Translations under genes and position numbers: made by a program | Shown here: positions 1 through 9,232 of the stretch, in pieces | How the letters are laid out: every line of letters begins with the position of its first letter | Numbering within the stretch: the stretch's first letter is position 1 | Source of the DNA: Kiritimatiellia bacterium | GTDB taxonomy: Bacteria; Verrucomicrobiota; Kiritimatiellia; CAIVKH01 | DNA: 64,000 nt | Reading direction: 5' to 3' | Assembly (NCBI GenBank): GCA_023953695.1 | Contig: JAMLJG010000010.1 | Location: forward strand, 3,069-67,068 | The notes under the pieces: model-generated | What the model was told of the DNA's origin: nothing | Database searches by the model: none | The model's input: only the letters and a program-made list of their open reading frames with translations

Positions 1-427
1 TCAAGGGAGCGCCGCTCAAATCCACAATTTGCATTGACCCCGGAAGCACCGTGCCGCCGACATCGCTCAGCGTGGCCGCCGTCTGCACAATCACATGCGT
101 GCCGAAGAGCGATCCCGTCGTGCCGGTGTTGTTATATACATCCGCACGGAAAACGTAGTCGCCCATAAAGGCATAAAAGTTTCCAGATCCAGCCAGCGCA
201 GCCGGCGGCAAGGCCGAGAGGCGCGTGTCCCCACCCGCGGCTGGGACTGACACCCACCCAACGTCCGGCACATTGCTGCTGGTCCCGGTAAAATGATCCC
301 ACTCCTGATAGGTCGTGTTCGACCCACCCGCCGCCCAGAACTGCGGTGCGATAAATCGAAATGCATCTCCCGCGCGCACGGAGAGCGGATGGAGGCAGAT
401 CATCGCAAGAATCCAAAATGAAACCAT
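1..427 (-). CDS. secreted hypothetical protein, 5' part only (continues past window start)
   Basis: Minus-strand frame is open from ATG at 427 (alternative in-frame ATG at 496) down to base 1 with no stop. It is absent from the ORF track because it is truncated. Predicted N-terminus MVSFWILAMICLHPLSVRA/GDAF looks like a signal peptide. The listed ORFs 91..366 and 132..440 are in other frames. Confidence 0.5.
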   Translation of the reverse strand, partial: MVSFWILAMICLHPLSVRAGDAFRFIAPQFWAAGGSNTTYQEWDHFTGTSSNVPDVGWVSVPAAGGDTRLSALPPAALAGSGNFYAFMGDYVFRADVYNNTGTTGSLFGTHVIVQTAATLSDVGGTVLPGSMQIVDLSGAPL

Positions 428-546
428 TCGGATTCGGCAACGCGCCGGTGATTGGGACGGGTTGATCGAGGCGGTTTGATTGGGGGATGTTTTCATAGAG
501 TACTCCAGCGATGCGGTGTTCATGGGCTGATTCAGACGTTCTGAGT

Positions 547-1404
547 TCACGCGCGCGGCGGCTTCACGGCCACTAGCGTTATCGCAGCCAAGTGCTGGCG
601 ATGTTTGCGGAACGATCGCCGCATGGACAAAACGCGTTTGCGAACCACGGGTGCACGAAGAACGTTGAAGGCAAAACGCAACGCGCGAAAGAACCCTTCG
701 TCACTGACTAATCGGCGCGGCTCCAGAAGATGCATGGGGGCGACGCGTTGGAACTGAACCTCGAAGCCCGCGTCCGCCAGCAGCGCCCGCCACTCGTTCG
801 CGGTCAGAGGGCGAGCGCCCACATGAATAGAGCACGATATATCGGTCTTCACTTCTTCCTTCTTCTCTTCAGGCAGATCATCCGGAGTGAGACTCAGCTC
901 GTGGATGCCATATCGGCCGCCCGCCTTTAGCAACCGGAAAGCCTCCGCAATGATCTGGCGCTTTCTCTCCGGCGTTTGCATGGTGAGCATGGCCTCGCCA
1001 TAAACAACCGTGGCGCTGGCGCTGGGCAAGCCCGTCTCTTCCGCACTGCCCAACAGACATTGCTGAGTGGGGCCGCTCAGATAGGCCTTCACTTCTTCCA
1101 CCGCCTTCTCGCTGCGCTCAATCGCGGTGTAGCGGGCGGGTTGCCGACGCAAAGCCATTCGGGCCGTCACCCCGAGACCAGGCGCAAACTCCACCACTTC
1201 GTCGGAGGTCTGGATGCTGAGCGTGCTCAACATGGCCCGAGTGAGTTCGAGCCCGCCCGGCCGCAACACGCGCTTTCCCATCGTCGCAAATAGCCAGTGT
1301 CCGGGAATCTTGCGCAGATCGCCAAAGCTCGAATCGCAAGGACCCACCCCCGGTGCACACGGGGAGCCATGCGCGGGCGCGGCTGCTGCGGATTGATTTG
1401 TCAT
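547..1404 (-). CDS. class I SAM-dependent methyltransferase
   Basis: Motif-I-like VVEFAPGLGVTA and post-I/II elements (LLKAGGRYGIHE) typical of Rossmann-fold methyltransferases. The track start at 1416 is GTG; the first ATG is at 1404. Confidence 0.75.
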   Translation of the reverse strand: MTNQSAAAAPAHGSPCAPGVGPCDSSFGDLRKIPGHWLFATMGKRVLRPGGLELTRAMLSTLSIQTSDEVVEFAPGLGVTARMALRRQPARYTAIERSEKAVEEVKAYLSGPTQQCLLGSAEETGLPSASATVVYGEAMLTMQTPERKRQIIAEAFRLLKAGGRYGIHELSLTPDDLPEEKKEEVKTDISCSIHVGARPLTANEWRALLADAGFEVQFQRVAPMHLLEPRRLVSDEGFFRALRFAFNVLRAPVVRKRVLSMRRSFRKHRQHLAAITLVAVKPPRA

Positions 1405-1492
1405 GTCCCTACCCACTCCTCACCTTTCGCGCGACACCACACGGCTCGAACCAATGTTTATATGCCGCACGATAGATTGAATACTCTAACAG

Positions 1493-1504
1493 TGCATATA
1501 TGCA
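1493..1504. promoter_or_regulatory. perfect 12-bp palindrome TGCATATATGCA inside an AT-rich island (about 1450-1560), candidate operator/promoter region
   Basis: Read directly from the sequence. The island is strikingly AT-rich for this GC-rich window and lies upstream of the methyltransferase gene. Confidence 0.3.
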
Positions 1505-1617
1505 ACTATACATTGTTTGATATGTCATCATTCTTGCAAAAAAATTTTCCTTTTCTCTGAAACCGGACGGATCCAGGCGTTTCGCGCGCGACTGGCGCGC
1601 AGCAGAACGGGCGCCAC

Positions 1618-2790
1618 TCACTCGGAGTCTTCTTGGTGCGGAATCTCGACGGGCGGATCCCCCACCCGCGCGAGGAGGGTTTCGACCACGGTATACGCGG
1701 CGAGCGGACGACCCAGTTGGCGCGCGGATGCGGCCAGCTCGGCCAAGCGCTCGGGCTGGCTCAAGAGGTCATCCACCTTGTAGGCAAGCGTGGTGGCGTG
1801 ATTGCATTTGACGGCGGCCCCAGCTTCGAGCAACTGATCGCTATTCCGCTCCTCTTGGCCCGGAATGGGCTGATAAATCACCATCGGCAAGCCGCACGCC
1901 ATCGCCTCGGACAACGTGAGGCCACCCGGCTTCCCAATCAGCAGCGTCGCCATGCGCAACCATTCATCCATCTCACTCGTATTGCCGAGCACACGATACC
2001 GCACGGGCCCCGGCGCGAGCCTGCCGATCTCTTCCTGAAACTGCGCTCGCACCGCTTCGTGCGAGCCCGCGATGATCACAACCTGCGCGTGAGACTTCAA
2101 GAAGGACAGGGCTCGCACCGTCTCTGTCACAACCTCCTCGCTCGCACCGCCGAGCGAGACAAGGACGAGAGGAAGCGCCGGATCCAATGCATGTTTCCGG
2201 CACAGCGCGGTTCGATCCTTTGCCTCCGAAAAGATGGTGTCAATCGGAATGCCCGAAACGGTGATTCGATCGGGCGGAAGCCCGGCCATCTGCAAGTGCA
2301 CACGCGCTTCTTCATTCGCGACGAAGTAGCGATGAAAGTGGCGCGAAAGCCACATCGCATGGACATCGAGGTCGGTGACGACAATCGCGTGCCGCGTCTC
2401 AATGGCATCTTTTGCGAGCAGATAGGAAATGATCTCGGCGGGGAGAAAATGGGTGCAGATCGTCAAGTCCGGCTGCAGCTTCCGAATCATTCGAACCAAG
2501 GGAAGCGTGTTGAGGCGGCTCAACATCAAACGCATCCGCTCGGTCTTCCACGGCTCGTCGAGGTTATCGTAGAACCAGCCCAACAGGGTGGGCACGTTTC
2601 GCATCAACTGAAAATAGAACTTCGAATAGAACTGCCGGAAGAGCTTGTTCGTGTAGGTCAGCGAATCCACGTTAACCACTTCGCCGATCGCAGGATTGGC
2701 TCTGCACACTTTCTCCAGAGCCGCCGCCGCGCGGATGTGTCCACTGCCCGAGCTGGCAGAAAGAATCAGAACCTTCAGTGGCGCACTCAT
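1618..2790 (-). CDS. MGDG-synthase family / UgtP-like diacylglycerol glycosyltransferase (GT28)
   Basis: N-terminus KVLILSASSGSGHIRAAAAL and C-terminal GKPGGLTLSEAMACGLPMV...QEERN resemble monogalactosyldiacylglycerol synthase-type GT-B enzymes. Confidence 0.8.
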   Translation of the reverse strand: MSAPLKVLILSASSGSGHIRAAAALEKVCRANPAIGEVVNVDSLTYTNKLFRQFYSKFYFQLMRNVPTLLGWFYDNLDEPWKTERMRLMLSRLNTLPLVRMIRKLQPDLTICTHFLPAEIISYLLAKDAIETRHAIVVTDLDVHAMWLSRHFHRYFVANEEARVHLQMAGLPPDRITVSGIPIDTIFSEAKDRTALCRKHALDPALPLVLVSLGGASEEVVTETVRALSFLKSHAQVVIIAGSHEAVRAQFQEEIGRLAPGPVRYRVLGNTSEMDEWLRMATLLIGKPGGLTLSEAMACGLPMVIYQPIPGQEERNSDQLLEAGAAVKCNHATTLAYKVDDLLSQPERLAELAASARQLGRPLAAYTVVETLLARVGDPPVEIPHQEDSE

Positions 2791-2879
2791 AACAAGTCGG
2801 ATTCTTGATGGGATGGCAGCAAGAATACAAGGCAGCAGAATCGCATTATTTGCGAGGCCCTACCGCAATTACCCCCCCC

Positions 2880-4568
2880 TTAGCACGTAGCCGATACGGC
2901 GGGTTCGACAATCTCGCGAGCGCGGGCAAGAGCATAGTCAATATGGGTATGCACATTCTCCGGACCAATACGGCGATAGAGGCCCGAGGTGACGAGGTGG
3001 TCCCACGTCTTGCTCTGCACTCCCGAGAGCACAAGCTCGGTCTTTTCCTTTTGGCACTTCTGAAAGAGGTCTTCCAGCGCGATAAGCCCGGTCGCGTCAA
3101 TCGTGGGAACATGGCGCATACGCAAAATGAGAACGCGGGGCGGCTTCTCGATGCGGCGCAACTCATCCTTGAATCGGTCGGCGGCGCCAAAGAAGAAGGG
3201 CCCGTAGATTTCGAACACTTCGACGCCATCCGGCACGACGCGGCGCTGAATGGCATTGGGATCGTCCTCCAGCTCGTCGCCGTTGACTTCATCGGTGATG
3301 ATGCCGATCTGGGTGGCTTCCGCCATACGGTGCATGAACAGGAACGACGCCATCACAACGCCGAACCCAATCGCCACAGTGAGGTCCGCGAACACGGTCA
3401 GCAAGAAGGTGGAAACCATCACCAGCGCATCGCCGCGTTGCGCGCCCAGCAAGCGAATCAGCAGCCGCCACTCGCCCATATCCATCGCGACCTTGAGCAA
3501 AATCGCAGCGAGAATGGGCATGGGGATCAGCACCGCCCACTTGCCGAACACGAGCATGATCGCCAGCAGCGTGGCCGCGTGAACCATTCCGGCCACCGGG
3601 GTCTGCCCACCATTCCGAATGTTCGTCGCTGTGCGCGCAATCGCGCCAGTGGCGGGAATCCCCAAGAACAAGGGCGACGCGATATTCGCAATGCCCTGCG
3701 CGACAAGCTCGGTGTTGGAGCGATGGCGGCGCCCGGTCATGCCATCGGCCACCACGGCGGAGAGTAGCGATTCAATTCCGCCGAGCATCGCGATGGCAAA
3801 CGCAGGCTGAAACAGGCGCGGGAGCTGACGCCAGTCAATATCGGGAAGCGACGGCGTGGGCAGCATGGTCGGCACGCTGCCGAAGCGGCTGCGGATCGTT
3901 TCCACCGGCAAGTCCAACGCGATCACCAGCGGCGTCAAAATCAAAATCGCGATCAGCGACCCAGGTACACGCCGCGTCACGCGCGGCCAAAAGAGAATAA
4001 TCGCAAACGCAGCCGCGGCCAGGCCGACGGAGTGTGGATTGATCGTCGAAATGTGCGAGGCATAGGCAATAATCTTTTCATGAAACTCCGCCGGCGGCGG
4101 CGGCATCTCGAGACCCAACAGATCGCGCACTTGCGTGGTGGCGATCAACACGGCAATTCCGCACGTGAACCCGACGGTGACAGGATAGGGAATGAACTTG
4201 ATTGCCGACCCGAACTGCAATAGCCCCATCACCAGCAACAATCCGCCCGCAAGCATGGTGGCCACCGCCAACCCGCCATAGCCAAACTGCTGCACCGTGT
4301 TGTAGACCAGCACAATGAACGCGCCGGTCGGCCCGCCGATCTGCACGCGGCTACCGCCGAGCGCGGAGATCAGAAATCCGGCAATCACCGCGGTGTATAT
4401 CCCCTGCTCCGGCTTCACGCCGGACGCAATCGCCAGCGCAATCGAAAGCGGCAACGCAACGATGCCGACCAGGACGCCCGCAACCAAATCGCGGCTGAAC
4501 TGCGAAAGCGTATAGCGCTCGCGAAAAAGGACTGTGTAGAGCTTGGGCTCGATCCGAAAGTTTTTCAC
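2880..4568 (-). CDS. SulP family inorganic anion transporter with C-terminal STAS domain
   Basis: 562 aa with multiple TM segments. SulP signature region DLVAGVLVGIVALPLSIALAIASG. C-terminal STAS-like region (VLILRMRHVPTIDATGLIALEDL). GTG start. Confidence 0.9.
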   Translation of the reverse strand: MKNFRIEPKLYTVLFRERYTLSQFSRDLVAGVLVGIVALPLSIALAIASGVKPEQGIYTAVIAGFLISALGGSRVQIGGPTGAFIVLVYNTVQQFGYGGLAVATMLAGGLLLVMGLLQFGSAIKFIPYPVTVGFTCGIAVLIATTQVRDLLGLEMPPPPAEFHEKIIAYASHISTINPHSVGLAAAAFAIILFWPRVTRRVPGSLIAILILTPLVIALDLPVETIRSRFGSVPTMLPTPSLPDIDWRQLPRLFQPAFAIAMLGGIESLLSAVVADGMTGRRHRSNTELVAQGIANIASPLFLGIPATGAIARTATNIRNGGQTPVAGMVHAATLLAIMLVFGKWAVLIPMPILAAILLKVAMDMGEWRLLIRLLGAQRGDALVMVSTFLLTVFADLTVAIGFGVVMASFLFMHRMAEATQIGIITDEVNGDELEDDPNAIQRRVVPDGVEVFEIYGPFFFGAADRFKDELRRIEKPPRVLILRMRHVPTIDATGLIALEDLFQKCQKEKTELVLSGVQSKTWDHLVTSGLYRRIGPENVHTHIDYALARAREIVEPAVSATC

Positions 4569-4583
4569 GTGTCTCGAGCGACT

Positions 4584-5075
4584 CTAGCGGCTGCCGCTCT
4601 TTTCTCGCAACTCGGATACAAACTCATCGGGAAGCACGGGTTTCGGACTCTTGTTCGTCCAAGTGAAGGGCGTCAATCGCTGGCGTTGCCCCTCCGCAGG
4701 GACCGCATAAACGGCGGGCGTCTTCTTGACATAGAACTGCTCCGCAATTGCCATGTCGTCCTTGTTGAGCGGAAACATAAACTTCACCTTCACGTAACTC
4801 CGCAGCTCTTTCTCCACCGTCGGAACCTGTAGCAGCCGCTTCTCGAACCAATGGCACAGCCCCTTTTCGTCGCTCTCTCCATAGCGCGCAAAATAGACAA
4901 ACAGCGGCGCGCCGGTATTCTTCTGAATCTCAAGCGCCTCGGCGTAACCCTTCCCATTCTGATACCACTTCTTGTCCGAATAGTTCGCCGCATCGCCAGA
5001 GGCAGCAGGCGGCGCAGCATTCAACACCGCGCACAGGGAGAGAAAAAGAACCGCACCCAAGAACCGTGTTTTCAT
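4584..5075 (-). CDS. secreted thioredoxin-fold protein (single Cys)
   Basis: Signal peptide MKTRFLGAVLFLSLCAVLNAA. Thioredoxin-like core PLFVYFARYGESDEKGLCHWFEK...TPAVYAV. Confidence 0.55.
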   Translation of the reverse strand: MKTRFLGAVLFLSLCAVLNAAPPAASGDAANYSDKKWYQNGKGYAEALEIQKNTGAPLFVYFARYGESDEKGLCHWFEKRLLQVPTVEKELRSYVKVKFMFPLNKDDMAIAEQFYVKKTPAVYAVPAEGQRQRLTPFTWTNKSPKPVLPDEFVSELREKSGSR

Positions 5076-5098
5076 GATGAGGCCCCTATAACTGATTT

Positions 5099-5145
5099 TT
5101 CCAAGCGTTGGAAGTCAAAACAGGCGCGACTTCCAAGCGTTGGAA
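5099..5145. repeat. pair of TTCCAAGCGTTGGAA palindromes, 32-bp phase (5099-5113, 5131-5145)
   Basis: Read directly. Lies between the stop of 5150..6376 (4 nt away) and the start of 4584..5075 (23 nt away). Confidence 0.95.
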
Positions 5146-5149
5146 GTTC

Positions 5150-6376
5150 CTACTCCGCGCCAGCCATCGCGCGGCCCGCGATCCAGCCGGAGGTCCACGC
5201 GGCTTGGAAATTGAATCCGCCGGTGACGGCGTCCACATCGAGCAATTCGCCTGCGAAGTGGAGGCCGGGGCAACGCTTGCTCTCCATCGTCCGAAAATCC
5301 ACCTCGCTCAGCCGCACACCGCCGCAGGTGACAAATTCGTCTTTGTACAAACTCTTCCCGTTCACCGAGAGGCGGCAGGCGTAGATTTCTTCCAGCAAGC
5401 GATTCTCGCCCGCCTTGCTCAACTGCGCCCACTGCCGGTCGGCCGGTATCTCCGCGCGACGGCACAGCCATTCCCACAAACGCGCGGGCGCTTCCAGCAC
5501 GCCGCCGCCGACCACGACGCGGCGGGGGTGCCTTTTTCTGCAATCCGCAAGTTGCGCGGCAAACACGTCGCGCGGGCCGCGCTGCCACGAAACCAAGATG
5601 TCGAAGGTATACTCGCAACCCGCAAATTCGCGCGCGCCCCACGCGGACAACTTCAGGGCGGCGGGGCCGCTCAGACCCCAGTGAGTGATCAACAGCGGCC
5701 CCTTCTGCGCCAACCGTTGCGCGGGCGCGGTGATTTGCGCATCGGGCATGGAAATGCCGGCGAGATCGCGCAGAGTGGAATCTTCGATGGTGAAGGTGAA
5801 AAGCGAGGGCACCGGCGCTTCGATGGTGTGGCCAACGGAGGCCGCGAGTGAGTATCCGGCGGTGGCCTTGTTCCCCCCCGTCGCGAGGAGAAGGCGCTCG
5901 GCTTCGAAGGCCGTTCCATCGGTGAGACGCAGCGCGAAGCCCTGGGCGCCGGGCTGAAACGCGCAAAGGCCGCGCCGCGTGAAGACGCGCACGCCCGCCT
6001 CTTCCGCCTCCTTGCGCAAGCAATTCACAATGCTGGACGAGGAATCGGTGACGGGAAACATTCGCCCATCGCTTTCCACCTTCAGGGGCACGCCGCGCGA
6101 TTCGAACCACTCGACGGTATCGCGCGGCTGAAAGCGGCGATAGGGCCCGTTCAGCTCGCGCGCGCCGCGCGGATAATTCAGCAACAGGCGCGGCACATCA
6201 AAGCAGTGGTGCGTGACATTGCATCGGCCCCCGCCGGACAGGGTGACTTTCGAGAGCAGTTCCGGGCTCTTTTCGAAGAGCACAACCTGTGCGCGCGGAT
6301 TGGCATTGGCCGCGGCAATGGCGGCAAAGAATCCCGCAGCGCCGCCGCCGGCAATGGCAATGGTGCGCGATTTCAT
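5150..6376 (-). CDS. HI0933/BaiN-like NAD(P)/FAD-dependent oxidoreductase
   Basis: Dinucleotide-binding motif IAIAGGGAAGFFAAI, GGGRCNVTH motif, and length typical of the HI0933 flavoprotein family. Confidence 0.85.
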   Translation of the reverse strand: MKSRTIAIAGGGAAGFFAAIAAANANPRAQVVLFEKSPELLSKVTLSGGGRCNVTHHCFDVPRLLLNYPRGARELNGPYRRFQPRDTVEWFESRGVPLKVESDGRMFPVTDSSSSIVNCLRKEAEEAGVRVFTRRGLCAFQPGAQGFALRLTDGTAFEAERLLLATGGNKATAGYSLAASVGHTIEAPVPSLFTFTIEDSTLRDLAGISMPDAQITAPAQRLAQKGPLLITHWGLSGPAALKLSAWGAREFAGCEYTFDILVSWQRGPRDVFAAQLADCRKRHPRRVVVGGGVLEAPARLWEWLCRRAEIPADRQWAQLSKAGENRLLEEIYACRLSVNGKSLYKDEFVTCGGVRLSEVDFRTMESKRCPGLHFAGELLDVDAVTGGFNFQAAWTSGWIAGRAMAGAE

Positions 6377-6427
6377 ACGGCGAGAATAGCGGCGCGCACG
6401 CGCGGTGGAAACGAAATCACACGCGAT

Positions 6428-6856
6428 TTAGTGACACCCGCACGAGCCGGATCCGCACGCGCAGCCGCCAACGGAAACTTCGTCGTTCGTCGGCATGCGG
6501 CCGAGCTCGAACATCCTGCGGACATAGGCGTTCACGGTCGCTTCAATCTTCTGCATGGACCGCTGCGCTTCAATGAATCCCTGCGCGATCGGATTGTTGA
6601 GAAACGCGGTTTCGTGGTTCTCAAAATCCTGCATCTCCACTTCGGTGATCTCCACACCGGACTGGTGCTTTTGATGGAGCGCTTCCTGCAAATCGCAGAG
6701 GCGCTGATATTGCGCGCGCGTTTCGACATCGGCGAGGAAGGTCTCGATGGTTTGGCGCATTTCCTTGTAGGCGGGCTGATCCAGGATGGTCTGGCAAAGC
6801 TCCTTGATCTTCTGAACAACGATGGTGTCTTCCTGACGAAACGAAAGTGGCTTCAT
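6428..6856 (-). CDS. YlbF/YmcA-like (UPF0342) helical protein with Cys/His-rich C-terminal tail
   Basis: Helical YlbF-like core (AYKEMRQTIETFLADVETRAQYQRLCDLQEAL...) followed by the tail GGCACGSGSCGCH. Confidence 0.55.
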   Translation of the reverse strand: MKPLSFRQEDTIVVQKIKELCQTILDQPAYKEMRQTIETFLADVETRAQYQRLCDLQEALHQKHQSGVEITEVEMQDFENHETAFLNNPIAQGFIEAQRSMQKIEATVNAYVRRMFELGRMPTNDEVSVGGCACGSGSCGCH

Positions 6857-6963
6857 GGCTCTCCCCTCAACTACTCAATGTACAGCATACCCCAGAAATT
6901 TCGACTGCGCACTCAAGCAGGGATTTGACGGCAACGCAAGCCTCCACGCGAGAACGCGCGGGC

Positions 6964-9180
6964 TTACATCAGGGAAGATGCGTCCACATCCACCGACCAC
7001 GCCACGGCATCGGGCCACTTGAAATCGCGCAACACGTCCTTGAGCGGCGCGGTCATCTGCTTCGTGTGCGGGGCGCGAAGAATGAGTTGATAGCGGAACT
7101 CGCCGTGCGCCTTGGCCAGCGGCGCGGGCGTCGGGCCGCCCAATCGAACGGAGGAATCCAGCTTCTCCTGCAGGCGCTTCGCGAACGTGGCGCCCGTCAA
7201 TTTGACCAGCTCTTCCTGCGCGCCGCGCAGGGTGATGCAAACGAGGTGGCCGTAGGGCGGATAGCCCAACTCGCGCCGATACTCGAGTTCCTGGTCCAGG
7301 AAACCGTCGTAGTCCAAGGTGCGTGCGGCTTGAATGGCGGGGTGAAACGGGGTGAATGTCTGCACAATCACTTCGCCCACCAAATCGCCGCGCCCTGCGC
7401 GACCCGCCACCTGGGTGAGCAACTGGAACGTCCGCTCTCCTGCGCGAAAATCAGGCATGTGAAGGCTCAGGTCGGCGGCGATCACACCGACCAGCGTCAC
7501 GCTCGGAAAATCGAGTCCCTTGGCAATCATTTGCGTGCCGAGCAAAATATCAATCTGCCCACCGCGAAATGCGTTGAGCACCTTCCGATACGAATCCTTC
7601 TTCGTCATCGTGTCGGAATCCATCCGCTCGATTCGCGCTTTGGGAAAGGTCTTGTGCAAGACGTCCTCCACGCGCTGCGTTCCGATGCCGGAATACTTGA
7701 AAGCGGGATCGCGGCAGTCGGGGTTCGGGCAGCACTCGGGCACCGGCTGCCCCGCGCCGCAAATGTGGCAGAGCAACCGGTGAGTCGGTTTGTGATAGGT
7801 CATCGAGACGCTGCAATTCTCGCACCGCGCGACGGCGCCGCACGAGGGGCACACGAGCGAGGTCGCGAATCCACGCCGATTCAAGAACAGGATCGTCTGC
7901 TCAGTGCGGTCGAGTCGGGCGCGAATGGCTTCATACAAATCGCTCGAGAGGACGTTCAGCCGCCGCTCCTTCTCCATCTCCTGCCGCATATCCACAATGC
8001 GCATCACAGGCATTTGGCGGTGATCCACCCGGTGCGGCATGCGCGCGAGCGCATATTTTCCGCGCTGCGCGTTGCTGTGCGATTCCAGCGACGGCGTGGC
8101 GGATCCCAATACGACGGCGCATCCTTCCCGATGGCCGCGCATCACCGCGACATCGCGCGCATGGTAGCGCGGCGCTTCCTCCTGCTTGTAGCTGTGCTCG
8201 TGTTCCTCGTCCACGACGATGAGGCCAAGATTTTTCATCGGAGCAAACACCGCCGACCGCGGGCCAATCGCAATGCGCGCCGATCCCTCGTGCACGCGAT
8301 GCCACTCATCGTGGCGCTCACCGGACGACAATTCGCTGTGCAACACGGCCACCGTATCGCCGAAACGCGAGCGGAACCGATCCACAGTCTGCGGCGTCAG
8401 CGAGATCTCCGGAACGAGAACGATGCAGCCCTGCCCCCTCTTCAAGACGTGATCAATCGCCTGCAGATAAACCTCGGTCTTGCCGCTCCCCGTCACGCCA
8501 AAAAGCAGCACCACCCTGGGATCGCCTGTGTCCACCGATTGCCGAATCAACTCCAGCGCCGCTGCCTGCTCCGGCATCAGCTCAAGCGGCTGCGTCGGCA
8601 GCACCTCGTGCCCCGCATCGGCGCGGCGGCGCAAGACCCGACTGCCCACCGTCACAAATCCTTTGCGCTCCAGCGCGCGAACGGCCGCGGAAACCGCGCC
8701 GAGTTTGGCCGTCAGCTCCGGCAGCGAAACCGGGCCGGCAGCCAACGCATCCATCACCTTCCCCTGAACCGCCGCCTTTCTCCGCAGCGCCGCCACCTGC
8801 TCCAGATCGCTCGCATGCTCCGTCAGGGAGACGATATTGACCTCCTTGAATCGAGCGCTCGTCTGCCGCACCGCGCTCGGCAACACCGTGCGCACCGCCA
8901 ATTCGACAGGCGCGACATAGTAATCTGCGATCCAACGCGCGAGGTTGAGGATGTTCTCCTCAACCAGCGGCTTCTTCCCAATCATGGCTTTGATGGGCTT
9001 GAGGTTCGGAAAGGACGACGATTCAACAAAGGAGACAACGTATCCGCTCACCGTGCGTCGGCCAAAGGGCACTTCCACGCGGGACCCGACCTGGAGCGCA
9101 TCGGAGAGCTCGCCGGGAACGAGGTAGTCAAACTCTCGATCCAGCGACAAATCCACCACAACTCTGGCAACGCGACTCAT
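6964..9180 (-). CDS. priA: primosomal protein N' (replication restart helicase PriA)
   Basis: Walker A GVTGSGKTEVY, DEEH box VVDEEHE, and Cys-rich zinc-binding insert CPSCG...CENC...CHICG...CPNPDC. 738 aa. Confidence 0.95.
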   Translation of the reverse strand: MSRVARVVVDLSLDREFDYLVPGELSDALQVGSRVEVPFGRRTVSGYVVSFVESSSFPNLKPIKAMIGKKPLVEENILNLARWIADYYVAPVELAVRTVLPSAVRQTSARFKEVNIVSLTEHASDLEQVAALRRKAAVQGKVMDALAAGPVSLPELTAKLGAVSAAVRALERKGFVTVGSRVLRRRADAGHEVLPTQPLELMPEQAAALELIRQSVDTGDPRVVLLFGVTGSGKTEVYLQAIDHVLKRGQGCIVLVPEISLTPQTVDRFRSRFGDTVAVLHSELSSGERHDEWHRVHEGSARIAIGPRSAVFAPMKNLGLIVVDEEHEHSYKQEEAPRYHARDVAVMRGHREGCAVVLGSATPSLESHSNAQRGKYALARMPHRVDHRQMPVMRIVDMRQEMEKERRLNVLSSDLYEAIRARLDRTEQTILFLNRRGFATSLVCPSCGAVARCENCSVSMTYHKPTHRLLCHICGAGQPVPECCPNPDCRDPAFKYSGIGTQRVEDVLHKTFPKARIERMDSDTMTKKDSYRKVLNAFRGGQIDILLGTQMIAKGLDFPSVTLVGVIAADLSLHMPDFRAGERTFQLLTQVAGRAGRGDLVGEVIVQTFTPFHPAIQAARTLDYDGFLDQELEYRRELGYPPYGHLVCITLRGAQEELVKLTGATFAKRLQEKLDSSVRLGGPTPAPLAKAHGEFRYQLILRAPHTKQMTAPLKDVLRDFKWPDAVAWSVDVDASSLM

Positions 9181-9232
9181 GCGGCAATCATTCCGAAGCC
9201 GTCACAATTTGCAAGCCGCCGCCATCGGAACG

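Noticed and set aside
91-440. Minus-strand ORFs 91..366 and 132..440
   Set aside because: They are overlapping alternative frames of the edge-truncated minus-strand CDS (1..427), which alone has a signal peptide and non-repetitive composition.
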